A stretch of DNA of 63,294 bases, filler included. It is 8 parts of 8 records of this genome, joined end to end, with 100 filler letters (N's around TTAATTAATTAA, not from the genome) between each part and the next. Parts side by side here need not be neighbours in the genome. Positions count along the whole stretch, not along the records: positions 1 to 15,940 come from SRR31147125_66425; 7 more parts are not named here. One strand, 5' to 3'. The position numbers were made by a program, and so were the translations under genes. This document shows positions 1 to 10,836 of the stretch, piece by piece. The notes beneath the pieces are model-generated. The model saw only the letters and a list, made by a program, of their open reading frames with translations. It made no database searches and had not been told where the DNA came from. The number at the start of each line of letters is the position of its first letter. The stretch's first letter is position 1.

Positions 1-1
1 C

Positions 2-1726
2 ATCAACGAAGATTCCTACCAAATGCAAAAACTCTTCCGGGCGGTGTTCAAAACCAACAACATCGATCATTGTGCCCGTACTTGACATGCCCCCACCGTA
101 GCCGGTCTGGCTACAAGTTTTGGCTCCGGTGCCATGACCAACTCATTCGGTGAGTTTGCCAAGGCAAAAATGTTTCTGGTGATCGGCTCCAACATGACTG
201 AGGCGCATCCTGTTGCATCGACATTCTTGAAAAATGCCGTTGAAAACGGTGCCGATCTAATCCTGGTGGATCCCAGGCGGCATAAACTGGCTGATTATGC
301 CAAAGTTCACCTTCCCCTGAAGGTGGGAAGCGATATTGCGCTGCTCAACGGTCTGATGCACGTGTTGATCACGGAAGATCTCTACGATCATGAATTTGTC
401 GAGCGCTACTGCGATGATTTTGAGGGCCTAAAAGCGTGCGTCATGACCTATCCACCGGAAAAAGCCGCTGAAATCAGCGGTATCGATGGCGATCTGATCC
501 GAAAGACCGCTCGACTTCTGGCATCGGTCAAGCCGGTGATGCTCTGCTACACCCTGGGCATCACGGAGCATACCTGCGGCAAAAACAACGTCATGTCCAC
601 GGCCAATCTACAGATGCTTCTGGGCAACATGGGCGTCGAATGCGGTGGTGTAAATCCGCTTCGAGGTCAGAACAACGTACAGGGCGCTTGTGATATGGGA
701 GCGCTTCCCAATGTATTTCCCGGTTATCAAGCGGTGATCGATCCCACGTCCAGGGCCAAGTTCGAAAAGGCATGGGGCGTAGAAAACCTGCCGGATAAAA
801 ACGGCCTGATGATTCCCCAGATGATGGACGGACTTGTCGACGGCAGTGTCAAAGCCTTTTACATATTTGGTGAAAACCTTGCCAACACGGAACCCGACAT
901 CCGAAAGGTGGAGCATGAACTGGCATCGGCGGAATTCTTAGTGGTGCAGGATATCTTCGAGAACGAGACCACGAAGTTTGCCGATGTGGTCTTTCCGGCA
1001 GCCGCATGGAGTGAGAACGACGGCACATTCACCAACAGTGAACGGCGGGTCAACCGTGTCAGGACCGTCAGTCCGGCACCGGGGTATGCCCAGCCCAACT
1101 GGTGGATATTCAAACAGATCGCCAAGCGGATGGGACACCATTGGGAGTCGGACAGTGCTCAAGCGCTTTGGAATAATGAAATCTCCGTGCTGGCCCCCAA
1201 CCTTGGCGGTATCAAATATCAGCGCATCCAAGGAGACGGCCTTCAATGGCCCTGTCCCACGGAATCCCATCCAGGCACCCCGATCCTACACACGGAAGGA
1301 CGGTTCACCAAAGGACGAGGCAGCTTCATGCCGGTGGAATGGACCCCGCCCGCCGAAGTTCCGGATGAGGCATATCCCTTTGTTCTCAGCACCGGCAGAC
1401 GCCTCTATCACTACCATACCCGAACCCAGACCGGACGTTGCGAAGGCCTGAACGAGATGCTGGGTGAAGAGACTGCGGATATTTCCATTGCCGATGCTGC
1501 GGAAATGAACATCGCTGACGGAGAAGTCATCAAGGTCAGCTCCCGTCGAGGCGAGGTAAAGGTAAAAGCCAGAGTGACGCCTGAAGTCCCCAAAGGCCTG
1601 GTCTGGATGGCGTTCCATTTTAGAGAAGGCAACGCCAACTGGCTGACCAATCCGGTCTTCGATCCGGCCACCCTGACGGCTGAGTACAAAGCGTGTGCTG
1701 TGGCTGTTGAAAAGATAGCATCATAA
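2..1726 (+). CDS. fdhA: Formate dehydrogenase alpha subunit (Mo/W-bisPGD), selenocysteine-containing, 5'-truncated
   Basis: Frame is open from base 2: NNIDHCART-TGA(83-85)-HAPTVAGL, the conserved C/U-H active-site context. Also RGQNNVQG motif and C-terminal molybdopterin dinucleotide-binding domain. Confidence 0.95.
98..114 (+). promoter_or_regulatory. Bacterial SECIS element
   Basis: GTAGCC-GGTCT-GGCTAC hairpin beginning 12 nt after the in-frame TGA, with a GGU-containing loop as in fdhF-type SECIS. Confidence 0.85.
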
Positions 1727-1757
1727 TCTGAATCACACATATTTTTTTATTTCATAT

Positions 1758-1793
1758 TCTCTCCCTCTTCATTCATGGAGAGGGGAGAGATTT
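1758..1793 (+). terminator. Probable terminator hairpin after fdhA
   Basis: TCTCTCCCTCTTC...GGAGAGGGGAGAGA imperfect inverted repeat. Confidence 0.55.
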
Positions 1794-2001
1794 CGTTACC
1801 AACGATTATTTCCGGTCATTAAAAAAAGGGGACACTCATCTGAATTCTATTTCATCATAGCAATATGGTAAATCGCGCTCCCATGAAAATATCCATCACC
1901 GTTTTGTGCTTGCTTCGATCATGTGGTAATAGGGGATAAGTTTTTTGAAAGATCCGATCCAATGAAAAACAATCCCCACCCCATGAACATCGGAGGCTGC
2001 A

Positions 2002-3153
2002 ATGGAACAGCAAAATCCCTTAGAAATAACGGAAACCCAGGAAGCACAAATTTCAGATCCCCACCACAGCGCCATCCCGGACAAACTCAACATCGCCCAC
2101 TATTTTCTCTTTCTACTCATCTCCGCATCGTTCTTCATGTGTTACAAGATGATGCACAGTTACATCGATCCCGTCATCATCGCCATCATTTTGGCCATCC
2201 TCACCAATCCCTTATACCTATGGATCGTGAAACGGTGCAATCACCGAAAAAACCTGGCCGCCTTCATTGCATGCGCCATCTTGACACTGGTGATCATCAT
2301 TCCCTTCTTCCTCATCTTCTCTGCCGTGGTACGTCAGGGAATCCTCTCTTTCAACGCCATCAACCACTGGATCGAAGGGGGCAACGTCGAGCGATTGACC
2401 CAAATGCCGTTCATCGCCAATGCCCTGGCCCTCGTCCAGAAACAAATGGAAGGAACGCTATTCAAGGGAATTGATTTTCACTCCCTCATGGTCACCCTAT
2501 CATCCAAAGCCGGAGAGATCATGGTGAGCCAGGGAAGCTTCATTATCTCCAACATCACGGCAGTGGTCGGGCAGTTCTGCCTGATGACCTTTGTTTTCTT
2601 TTTTGTGATTCAGGACCAGGATAAGCTTTTTGCCTATATTACCCATCTGGTTCCCCTTTCCAGCGAACATGAGAGCATCCTGCTGGATAAAATCAAAGCC
2701 GTGGCCAAATCAGCCATCCTCGGCACGTTGGTGACCGCTGTCTCCCAAGGCACGGCCGGAGGGATTGCCTTTACCGTTTGCGGGCTTCCCGGATTTTTCC
2801 TGGGGGCGGTCATGGCATTTGCATCCCTGGTACCTCTGGTGGGTACGGCCCTGGTCTGGGTACCGGCTGCGGGATGGCTCTTCATCTCGGGAAAATGGGG
2901 CTATGCCGTTTTTCTAATCATCTGGTCGGTGCTGGTGGTGGGGATGATCGACAACATCGTCCGCCCCCTGTTCATGCGGGGATCTGCCGGGATGAGCACC
3001 CTTCTCATCTTCTTCTCCATTTTGGGGGGATTGAACTATTTCGGTCTTACCGGACTACTTTACGGCCCCATGATATTCGGCCTCACCCTGGTGCTTCTCT
3101 ACATTTACGAGCTGGAATTCAACGCATTCTTAAACCGCCAGGATGAAATTTAA
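2002..3153 (+). CDS. AI-2E family transporter (PerM/UPF0118)
   Basis: Polytopic membrane protein; DNIVRP and GLLYGP motifs; GGAGG RBS. Confidence 0.9.
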   Translation: MEQQNPLEITETQEAQISDPHHSAIPDKLNIAHYFLFLLISASFFMCYKMMHSYIDPVIIAIILAILTNPLYLWIVKRCNHRKNLAAFIACAILTLVIIIPFFLIFSAVVRQGILSFNAINHWIEGGNVERLTQMPFIANALALVQKQMEGTLFKGIDFHSLMVTLSSKAGEIMVSQGSFIISNITAVVGQFCLMTFVFFFVIQDQDKLFAYITHLVPLSSEHESILLDKIKAVAKSAILGTLVTAVSQGTAGGIAFTVCGLPGFFLGAVMAFASLVPLVGTALVWVPAAGWLFISGKWGYAVFLIIWSVLVVGMIDNIVRPLFMRGSAGMSTLLIFFSILGGLNYFGLTGLLYGPMIFGLTLVLLYIYELEFNAFLNRQDEI

Positions 3154-3262
3154 GCCGCCCATTGCAGTTTCGCCTCTCATTTTGTATGATATTCAAACAG
3201 AGTCGAGTCTGTAACCGGTTTTCTTACCCCCCTGAAAACCCCCGTCAAGACTTATGATAGAT

Positions 3263-3304
3263 CGGCGTTTTTAGAGGGAGCTCCCTTTAACAAACGCCGT
3301 TTTT
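3263..3304 (+). terminator. Long hairpin with T tract
   Basis: CGGCGTTT-TTAGAGGGAG/CTCCCTTTAA-C-AAACGCCG followed by TTTTT. Confidence 0.55.
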
Positions 3305-3333
3305 CTTAACACGTATCAAACCCGGGAGGCGCC

Positions 3334-3806
3334 ATGATCACTGCAAAAGAAGTAATGGAAGTCAATGTTATTTCCGTCACGCCGGATACCGAAATCACTG
3401 CGGCAGCTGAAATTCTGTTGAACAATCACATCAACGGCGTTCCTGTGGTGGACCATAACGGAATGCTGGTGGGGATTTTGTGCCAAAGCGACCTGATCTT
3501 TCAGCAAAAGACCCTGTCGCTCCCTCCGATCCTCACCTTTCTCGACGGGATCATTCCATTGAGATCGTCAAAAAAATCGAATCGGAATTGGAAAAGATGG
3601 CCGCTGCCACTGTAAAAAACGCCATGGTCAAAGATCCGGTGACGGTGACGCCGGATACCCCCATCAGCGAGGTGGCCGCCCTGATGGTGGAGAAGCACTT
3701 CCACACCATTCCCGTGGTTGACGAAGGCAAAATCAAGGGAGTCATCGGCAAAGAGGATATTTTGAAAACCTTGATGGACAACAGTGGAGAGAACGCTTCT
3801 CTTTGA
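3334..3806 (+). CDS. Tandem CBS-domain protein (frameshift at A-run near 3570-3576)
   Basis: CBS1 (INGVPVVD..LVGIL) and CBS2 (HTIPVVD..IKGVI) lie in overlapping ORFs 3334-3615 and 3480-3806. Confidence 0.85.
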
Positions 3807-3840
3807 AAGGAAAAGTTGTTTCTGTGTGATGCGAGATCGG

Positions 3841-5713
3841 ATGAGTCGGGATGATAAAAAAATAGCTGCGAAACGTATAGCGGCGCTGGAGGCGGAACTC
3901 ACCTCCATGAAAGAGGCCTACCAAGACGCCCAAGTAGCACTTAAGACAAAGGATGCCGAACTTACAGAAGTGCGAACCGAGTATGCAGAACTATTGTCCC
4001 GATTTCAACAGCATTCCGAAAAAACGGTCCGAACCATCCAAGCAAAGCGGGATTTTCTGGCAAACATGAGCCACGATATCCGCACCCCCATGAACGGCAT
4101 TATCGGTATGCTTCACATGCTTAAGGAAACCTCTCTTTCCGAGGATCAGAAACAATATGCCGATATTGCCTTCTCCAGTGCAGAAGCGTTGCTGAACCTG
4201 GTGAACGATATTCTTGATTTCTCGAAAATCGAAGCCGGGAAATTGACATTTGAAAATCGTCCTTTCGATCTGCAGCACGCTTTGGAAGAAATAACCGCTC
4301 TTCCCGCCATCCAAGCCCAAAAAAAGGGACTTGATTTTTCCTGCAGCGTAGCGCCGGATGTTCCCCGTTATTACTTCGGAGATCCGGGAAGGATTCGGCA
4401 AGTGCTGGATAATTTGATCGGCAATGCCGTCAAATTTACGCCGGAGGGAAGAATCTCCGTCAAAGTGGCCCTGACCGGCGACGCTGGAATTAAAAAGAAA
4501 ACGGTCATCACCGTCATGTACACTTGACTTTTTCAATCTCCGATACCGGTATCGGCATCTCGGAAGAGAAGCTCGACATCCTTTTCAATCCCTATCGTCA
4601 AGCCGATACCTCCATCTCCAATCAGTTCGGAGGAACGGGCCTTGGCCTGACCATCGCCAAAATGCTTGTGGAGATGATGAACGGTAGCATTAAAGTAGAG
4701 AGCGATGAGTTACTGGGGACCACGTTTCGATTCACCATCAAATTAAAAAAACAGTCGGATGAGGACATAGAAAATCATCAGTTTTTCCCCTCTGATGCCA
4801 TCCCCCGCAAGTCAGCATCCGTATCGGATCGTATAAGTCTCCCCAGAATTCTCGTGGTGGAAGACAACGCAACCAACTTGACGGTAGCCATTCAATTACT
4901 TGCCGGTCTGGGATACCGGGCGGATAGCGCTGTAAATGGCCAAGAAGCTTTAGATAAAGTGAGGAAGACACCCTACGATCTCATCTTAATGGATTGTCGA
5001 ATGCCGGTTCTGGATGGATTCCGGGCCACAGCATCCATCCGAAAATTAGAACGCGAATATCGAGATCGAAAGCCTTTGAAAAAAGATGGGACCCAAATGC
5101 ATCATACCCCCATCGTCGCCATGACTGCCAATGCCATGAAGGGAGAAAAGGAGCGATGCATCAACGCCGGTATGGACGGCTATCTCACAAAACCTGTAGA
5201 TCCGAAAGTGCTTGCCGGGACATTGGCTCGCTTTCTTACGCCAACAGCGGCATCATCCCATCACTTCCAAGAAATTGAAACTCACGCAAATAAAATCAGT
5301 GTGCATAGGGACGATGAAAAAAATGAGAATCGGAGAGAACGCCCCATATTTGATCGTCCCGCTTTAATGATGCGGTTTAATGAGGATGAGGATGTCGTTC
5401 AAGAAATTCTTTCTTCATTTATTGATGATGGAAAGGCTCTGCTCGACAACTTAAGTGATGCTCTGAATACGTTGACCCCATCGGACCCATCCCCCCTTTA
5501 CCCCTGTCGACCGCATCCATTGTGGATATGTCCCATGCCTTGAAAGGTGCGGCATCCAATGTCCATGCCGATTATTTAAGCGGGTTGGCCCAACGTCTTG
5601 AAAATACTGTAAAACAGGCGTCAGGCGCTTCAGACATCCCTTCGCTATTGACTCTATTGGATGAAATCAAAGACGCATTTAACCGATTTGTAAGCGAGAT
5701 TGCCCATGATTGA
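3841..5713 (+). CDS. Cytoplasmic hybrid histidine kinase HisKA-HATPase-REC-Hpt (frameshifts near 4500 and 5500)
   Basis: MSHDIRTPMNG H-box, NAVKFT, DTGIGI and GGTGLGL, REC (LMDCRMP), Hpt (HALKGAA), spread over three ORFs. Confidence 0.85.
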
Positions 5714-6880
5714 TATTCACACCATGTCCGTTTTGATTGTCGATGATATGAGAAGCATGCGCCTCTCCATTCGAAACATGTTCAAACAGCTTGGCTTCGG
5801 CAGCACCATTGATCATGCGGAAAATGGCAAAATGGGGTTGAAAATGCTCAATGAGGGCCGATATGATCTGGCGATGATCGATTGGAATATGCCGATCATG
5901 AACGGTGTACAGCTTCTTGAAAATATCAGAAGTTCGAAAACGTTGCGTGACATGCCGGTCATCATGATTACGGCGGAGGCCGACCGCGCCACGGTGGCCA
6001 ATGTGGCGGAGACGGAAATCGACGCTTATCTGCTCAAACCGTTGACACCCAAATCATTGGAAGAAAAGCTCAAAATAGTCATCCATAATGCCAATCACCC
6101 GGACAGAGCCACGCAGTTACTCTATAAAGCAAGGGATTGCGAAGAGGCAGGTGATATCAAAGGTGCCATTCAAGCCATGCGTCTCGCCCTGAAAGAGAAA
6201 CCGAAGGCATCCAGAATCATGAGGAATCTCGGTTTGCTTTACGAATGGGATGACAACGACGACATGGCGGAAAAATGCCTGGTAAAAGCGGCTGCCATGA
6301 ATAGAGAAGATGATGCTTCCCGCCTCCATCTGGTAGAATTCTTTCTCAACAAAAACGACCTGAGAGGCGCACTGAACGCCTATGAAAAGGGAGAAATAAG
6401 AGGGAGGCGTTGATTCAAAAAGGAATGCTTCTCGGCGAGCGCCTCATGACTGAAGGACTGACTTCTGAAGCAACGACACTTTTTAACCGGTTCCAGGAAA
6501 AAATAAAAATTGCTCTTCCCATACAGGAGCGTATTGTCAATGTATGTCTAAAGAATAGAGAGTTTACTTATCCCAAAAAATTACTGGAAGAAATGGTGAA
6601 GTCACAGCCGGAACGGTATGATCTGATGCTGAAGCTCGCCAAGCTTTATGATGCGACTCAGGAAACAGACAAAGCATTTACCTGCTATGAGACCATCACC
6701 GCCAATGTTATGGTTGGAGAAGAGTTGAATTGGGAACAGCTGATTAATGCAAAGCTTTGGATGGCTCAATATTATATTAAGCAGAAGAAACCGTTTATTG
6801 CCGATGATTATATTAATCAGGTGTTAAAAATTGATAAAGACAATGAAACCGCTTTAAAATTGAGGCGACTTAATGCATAA
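5706..6880 (+). CDS. Response regulator receiver plus TPR repeats (probably one gene, frameshift near 6385-6393)
   Basis: CheY-like REC (IVDD, DWNMP, LKP) followed by helical TPR-like segments; the frame of the 6410-6880 ORF is open upstream (KGRNKREALIQKG). Confidence 0.75.
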
Positions 6881-7120
6881 TGCGTCATAAGTTCATGCTG
6901 ACTGCTCACCGATGCCCGGCGTGGGCACGCATAATATAAAACGGCACCCACTCCTACCCATCCCGATAGATTGTTTTGAACAATTTTTCGGGATATTTTT
7001 TGACGCGGTTTACAAGGCCCTTTTATCGAGAGTGGAATTAAGCAAACTAATCTTTTGTTCCATTTTCACCTTGGAAATGGATTTGCCCTCAATACAATAT
7101 TATGGTATGGATCCCGAATT

Positions 7121-7879
7121 ATGACAAAAATAATCAGCATATCCAATCAAAAAGGCGGGGTCGGCAAAACCACGACAGCAGTGAATCTCTCTGCTGCACT
7201 TGCCGATGACGGCAAAAAAACGTTATTGGTAGACTGCGATCCCCAGGCCAATGCAACCACTGCCATAGGCATCGATAAACCCTCCCTCTCCCACTCATTG
7301 TACCACGGACTGATCGGAGAGGCCTCACTGGAAGAGATCATCTGTAATACCGATACGGAACACCTCAGCATCATCCCCTCCCATGTGGAGTTGATCGGTT
7401 TTGAGGTGGAGATGATGTCCAGCAGAGGGCGTGAGGAAGTGCTCAAACGAATGTTGGCACCGGCCAGACAAGACTTTGACTACATTATCCTTGATTGCCC
7501 ACCTTCATTGAGTCTGCTTACCCTTAATGCCCTGACCGCTGCCGACTCGGTTCTCATTCCTCTTCAAAGTGAATTCTTTGCTCTTGAGGGACTCGGTCAG
7601 CTGCTCGAGACCATCAAACGAATCAAGCAGTCTTTTAATCCGGGGCTCAAAATTGAAGGAATTCTCATGACCATGTTCGACCGTCGAACCAATCTGGCAC
7701 GCCAAGTGGCCCAGGATGCCGAAACCTATTTCAAAGATATGCTTTTCTCCGCCAAAATTCCCAGAAACATCAAGTTGGGTGAAGCGCCCAGCTTCGGATT
7801 GCCAATCATCAGCTACGATCGAACGTCTGCCGGCTCCCAAAGCTATCTTGCCCTTGCACAGGAGTTGGTTGCCCGATGA
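7121..7879 (+). CDS. parA: Chromosome partitioning ATPase ParA/Soj
   Basis: [10 protein letters not shown] deviant Walker A, DCDPQAN, DCPPSL. Confidence 0.95.
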   Translation: MTKIISISNQKGGVGKTTTAVNLSAALADDGKKTLLVDCDPQANATTAIGIDKPSLSHSLYHGLIGEASLEEIICNTDTEHLSIIPSHVELIGFEVEMMSSRGREEVLKRMLAPARQDFDYIILDCPPSLSLLTLNALTAADSVLIPLQSEFFALEGLGQLLETIKRIKQSFNPGLKIEGILMTMFDRRTNLARQVAQDAETYFKDMLFSAKIPRNIKLGEAPSFGLPIISYDRTSAGSQSYLALAQELVAR

Positions 7880-8769
7880 GTATGAAGAGAAAAACCGGAC
7901 TGGGCAGAGGCATTTCATCCCTGATCCCCGATTTCGACGGTTTGGACGACAGCAACCATTCCAATGATTTTCTAATGTGCCGGATCGACGACATTGTTCC
8001 CAATCGATACCAGCCCAGAAAAGCTTTTTCCGAAGAGGATCTCGAACGTCTGGCTCTCTCCATCAAGGAGCAGGGGGTTCTGCAGCCGCTTTTGGTCAGA
8101 AAAGATCCCCGGGGCGGATATGAACTCATTGCCGGCGAACGGCGACTCCGGGCCGCAAAGAAAGCCGACCTGGATCAAGTACCGGTTCTGGTCAAGGATC
8201 TTTCAGATGAACAGATGCTGGAAGTCTCCATCATCGAGAATGTCCAGCGGGCGAATCTCAATCCTTTGGAAGAGGCCGATGCCTACCATAAGCTGATCAC
8301 GGAATTCAACTACACCCAGGAAATGGTCGCCCGAAAAATCGGAAAGAGTCGCTCCAGCATTGCCAATTTCTTAAGACTCCGGGGCCTTCCGGATCCCATC
8401 CTCCGGAGCCTGTCGGATGAAGAGATCTCCATGGGCCATGCCAGGGCCATTCTCGGTGCCGGAAACGAAGAAAAGCAGATCCGAACCTGGGAGATGGTCG
8501 TGAAAAAAAGCCTCTCCGTCCGGGCAACGGAACAGCTGGCCAAAAAGATGAAGAACGCCCCGGATGCACCCGAACCGGACAATCCGGAACCCGAACCGGT
8601 CAAAGATCCGGAGCCGGATTACCTCAAGACCCTCTGCTCTGATCTCACCCGCCGCATCAATTACCCTGTCGCCATCAAGAAAAAAGGGGAAAAGGGCAAA
8701 CTTGAGATCCGTTTTCGAGACAACCATGAGTTTGAACGGATTATTGAACTGCTGAGCCAGGTCAATTAA
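7876..8769 (+). CDS. parB: Chromosome partitioning protein ParB/Spo0J
   Basis: GLGRG N-terminus, QPR, AGERR arginine patch, HTH; ATGA overlap with parA. Confidence 0.95.
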   Translation: MSMKRKTGLGRGISSLIPDFDGLDDSNHSNDFLMCRIDDIVPNRYQPRKAFSEEDLERLALSIKEQGVLQPLLVRKDPRGGYELIAGERRLRAAKKADLDQVPVLVKDLSDEQMLEVSIIENVQRANLNPLEEADAYHKLITEFNYTQEMVARKIGKSRSSIANFLRLRGLPDPILRSLSDEEISMGHARAILGAGNEEKQIRTWEMVVKKSLSVRATEQLAKKMKNAPDAPEPDNPEPEPVKDPEPDYLKTLCSDLTRRINYPVAIKKKGEKGKLEIRFRDNHEFERIIELLSQVN

Positions 8770-8982
8770 TCCTTGTAAGCCTTGTCATTCATGGCACTCA
8801 ACATTTTTGTCAATCGCTCTTTATCCCGGATCTCTTCAACATGTGACGAATTCAGCTTTTAAAGCTCACTTCGGTTCAAAACCGGTTCCGTTGATTGTTT
8901 TGACTGTCTCCATCGCCCCTCACACACGATCCCCATCAACGGTCAGCCGCATACAAGCCATCATGGAAACACACTAAGCAAC

Positions 8983-10734
8983 ATGAAAATTACCATCGCA
9001 AAAACAGCCGGTTTCTGTATGGGCGTCCGACGTGCCGTGGACATGGTACTGGATGCCGCCAACCGCACCACGGATCCCATCTGCACCTACGGCCCTTTGA
9101 TCCATAACCCCCAGGTGCTGGGCATGCTGGAAGAAAAAGGCATTCCAGCCATCAGCGACATCCCGGAATCCGGCAAAGGTACGGTGTTGGTGCGTGCCCA
9201 TGGTGTGCCGCCGGAGTCCCAACAGGCCCTAAAGACGGCCGGATTTGACGTAATCAACGCCACCTGCCCCAGGGTGATTCGGGTCCAGACCATCATCCGG
9301 AAACATGCGGAAAAAGGATTTGCCACCATCATCATCGGAGATAAAGACCACCCGGAAGTCAAAGGACTCATGGGATATGCCGCAGGAAACGGTCATACCG
9401 TATCATCCCTGAAAGAGCTCAATGCCCTTCCCTTATTTGAACAGGCTGTCATCGTTGCCCAGACCACCCAGGACACTTCATTTTACAAAGCGGTCAAAGC
9501 ATGGGCCCAAACCACCGCCCCCCACTATACCGTGTTCGATACCATCTGCGACTCCACTGAAAAACGCCAAGCCGAAGTCCGGAAAATCGCTCAGGATCAT
9601 GATGCCGTGGTGGTGGTGGGCGGCAAAGAAAGCGGAAATACCCGACGGCTTGCCCAGATTGCCGCAGAAACCGGCAAATTTGCCGTCCATATCGAAACCC
9701 TCGACGAGCTGGATAAAACAGATCTGGATACCCTATCCGGCATGAACGCCATCGCCATCACGGCCGGGGCGTCTACTCCCAATTGGATCATCAATAAAAC
9801 GTATCGGGATCTTGAGGCCCATCGTCAGAAGCGCCGCGGCATGGCATCCTTCTCTGCAGCCGGCCGAACCATCCGGGATTCTCTTTTGCGTACCAACCTG
9901 TTTCTATCCATGGGTGCGGCATCCCTTACGTATACCTGCAGCACCCTTCAGAAGATCAACGCCCACCTCTTTACCCATGCGTCGATTGCCATGCTCTACG
10001 TCCTCTCCATGCAGATCATGAACAATCTCTTCTCCATCACATCGGATCGATACAACAATCCCGGGCGGGCGGAATTTTACGGAAAGTATAAGTGGGGGCT
10101 CAGCGGTGTGGCCATTGCATGCGGGGCTGCCGGTTTGTTTCTCTCTTTTTCCATGGGCCCGATCCCGTTTCTTCTTCTTTCCATCATGAGCCTGTTGGGG
10201 CTTTTGTATAACAAAAAATTATTCGGAAGCGCTTTAAGGGCCAAGGCAGGACGTCAGATATCCAGAATCAAAGATATTCCCGGATCGAAAACCATTTTGA
10301 TTGCAGCGGCATGGGGAACGGTGACCTCCCTGCTTCCTGCGCTTTCCGTCTCTGCAGATGATCGGATCACTTGGGGATTTATCTTTCCGTTTATCTTCAC
10401 CACAGCCCTGCTCTTTTCAAGAACCGCATTTTTCGCTCTTCTTGAAATCCAGGGAGACCGCATCACCGGTAAAGAGACCTTACCCATCCTCCTGGGTGAG
10501 AAAAAAAGCCAGACCGTTATTCGTAACAGCTTATACCTTGCAACCGCCTCTCTTGTTTTGGCCTCAATCGTGGGGCTCAGCTCAAAAATCGGTCTGATTG
10601 TTGCTTTAATTCCCCTATCGATGCTTTATTTTATAAAATCTCATGAGCAGGGGAAAATATATCCGGGGATGCACCTTGAGTTCATCATTGAATCTCACTT
10701 TCTTCTATCCGGTATGATTGCTCTGATTTTTTAG
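8983..10734 (+). CDS. ispH: IspH (HMBPP reductase) fused to a UbiA-like membrane domain
   Basis: GFCMGV, ATCP, TICD cysteines, SGNT, TAGASTP; C-terminal half is polytopic with EIQGDRITGKETLP. Confidence 0.9.
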   Translation: MKITIAKTAGFCMGVRRAVDMVLDAANRTTDPICTYGPLIHNPQVLGMLEEKGIPAISDIPESGKGTVLVRAHGVPPESQQALKTAGFDVINATCPRVIRVQTIIRKHAEKGFATIIIGDKDHPEVKGLMGYAAGNGHTVSSLKELNALPLFEQAVIVAQTTQDTSFYKAVKAWAQTTAPHYTVFDTICDSTEKRQAEVRKIAQDHDAVVVVGGKESGNTRRLAQIAAETGKFAVHIETLDELDKTDLDTLSGMNAIAITAGASTPNWIINKTYRDLEAHRQKRRGMASFSAAGRTIRDSLLRTNLFLSMGAASLTYTCSTLQKINAHLFTHASIAMLYVLSMQIMNNLFSITSDRYNNPGRAEFYGKYKWGLSGVAIACGAAGLFLSFSMGPIPFLLLSIMSLLGLLYNKKLFGSALRAKAGRQISRIKDIPGSKTILIAAAWGTVTSLLPALSVSADDRITWGFIFPFIFTTALLFSRTAFFALLEIQGDRITGKETLPILLGEKKSQTVIRNSLYLATASLVLASIVGLSSKIGLIVALIPLSMLYFIKSHEQGKIYPGMHLEFIIESHFLLSGMIALIF

Positions 10735-10836
10735 AAATGGGTACGAAATAACTTTCAGGAACGGGGACAGATTTTAAATCCGTCTTCTGAATACACAAAT
10801 GAACAACTTGTTCAAGACCGATTCTTTAGCCTGAGA

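Noticed and set aside
6881-8982. parS site near parAB
   Set aside because: No match to TGTTTCACGTGAAACA seen.
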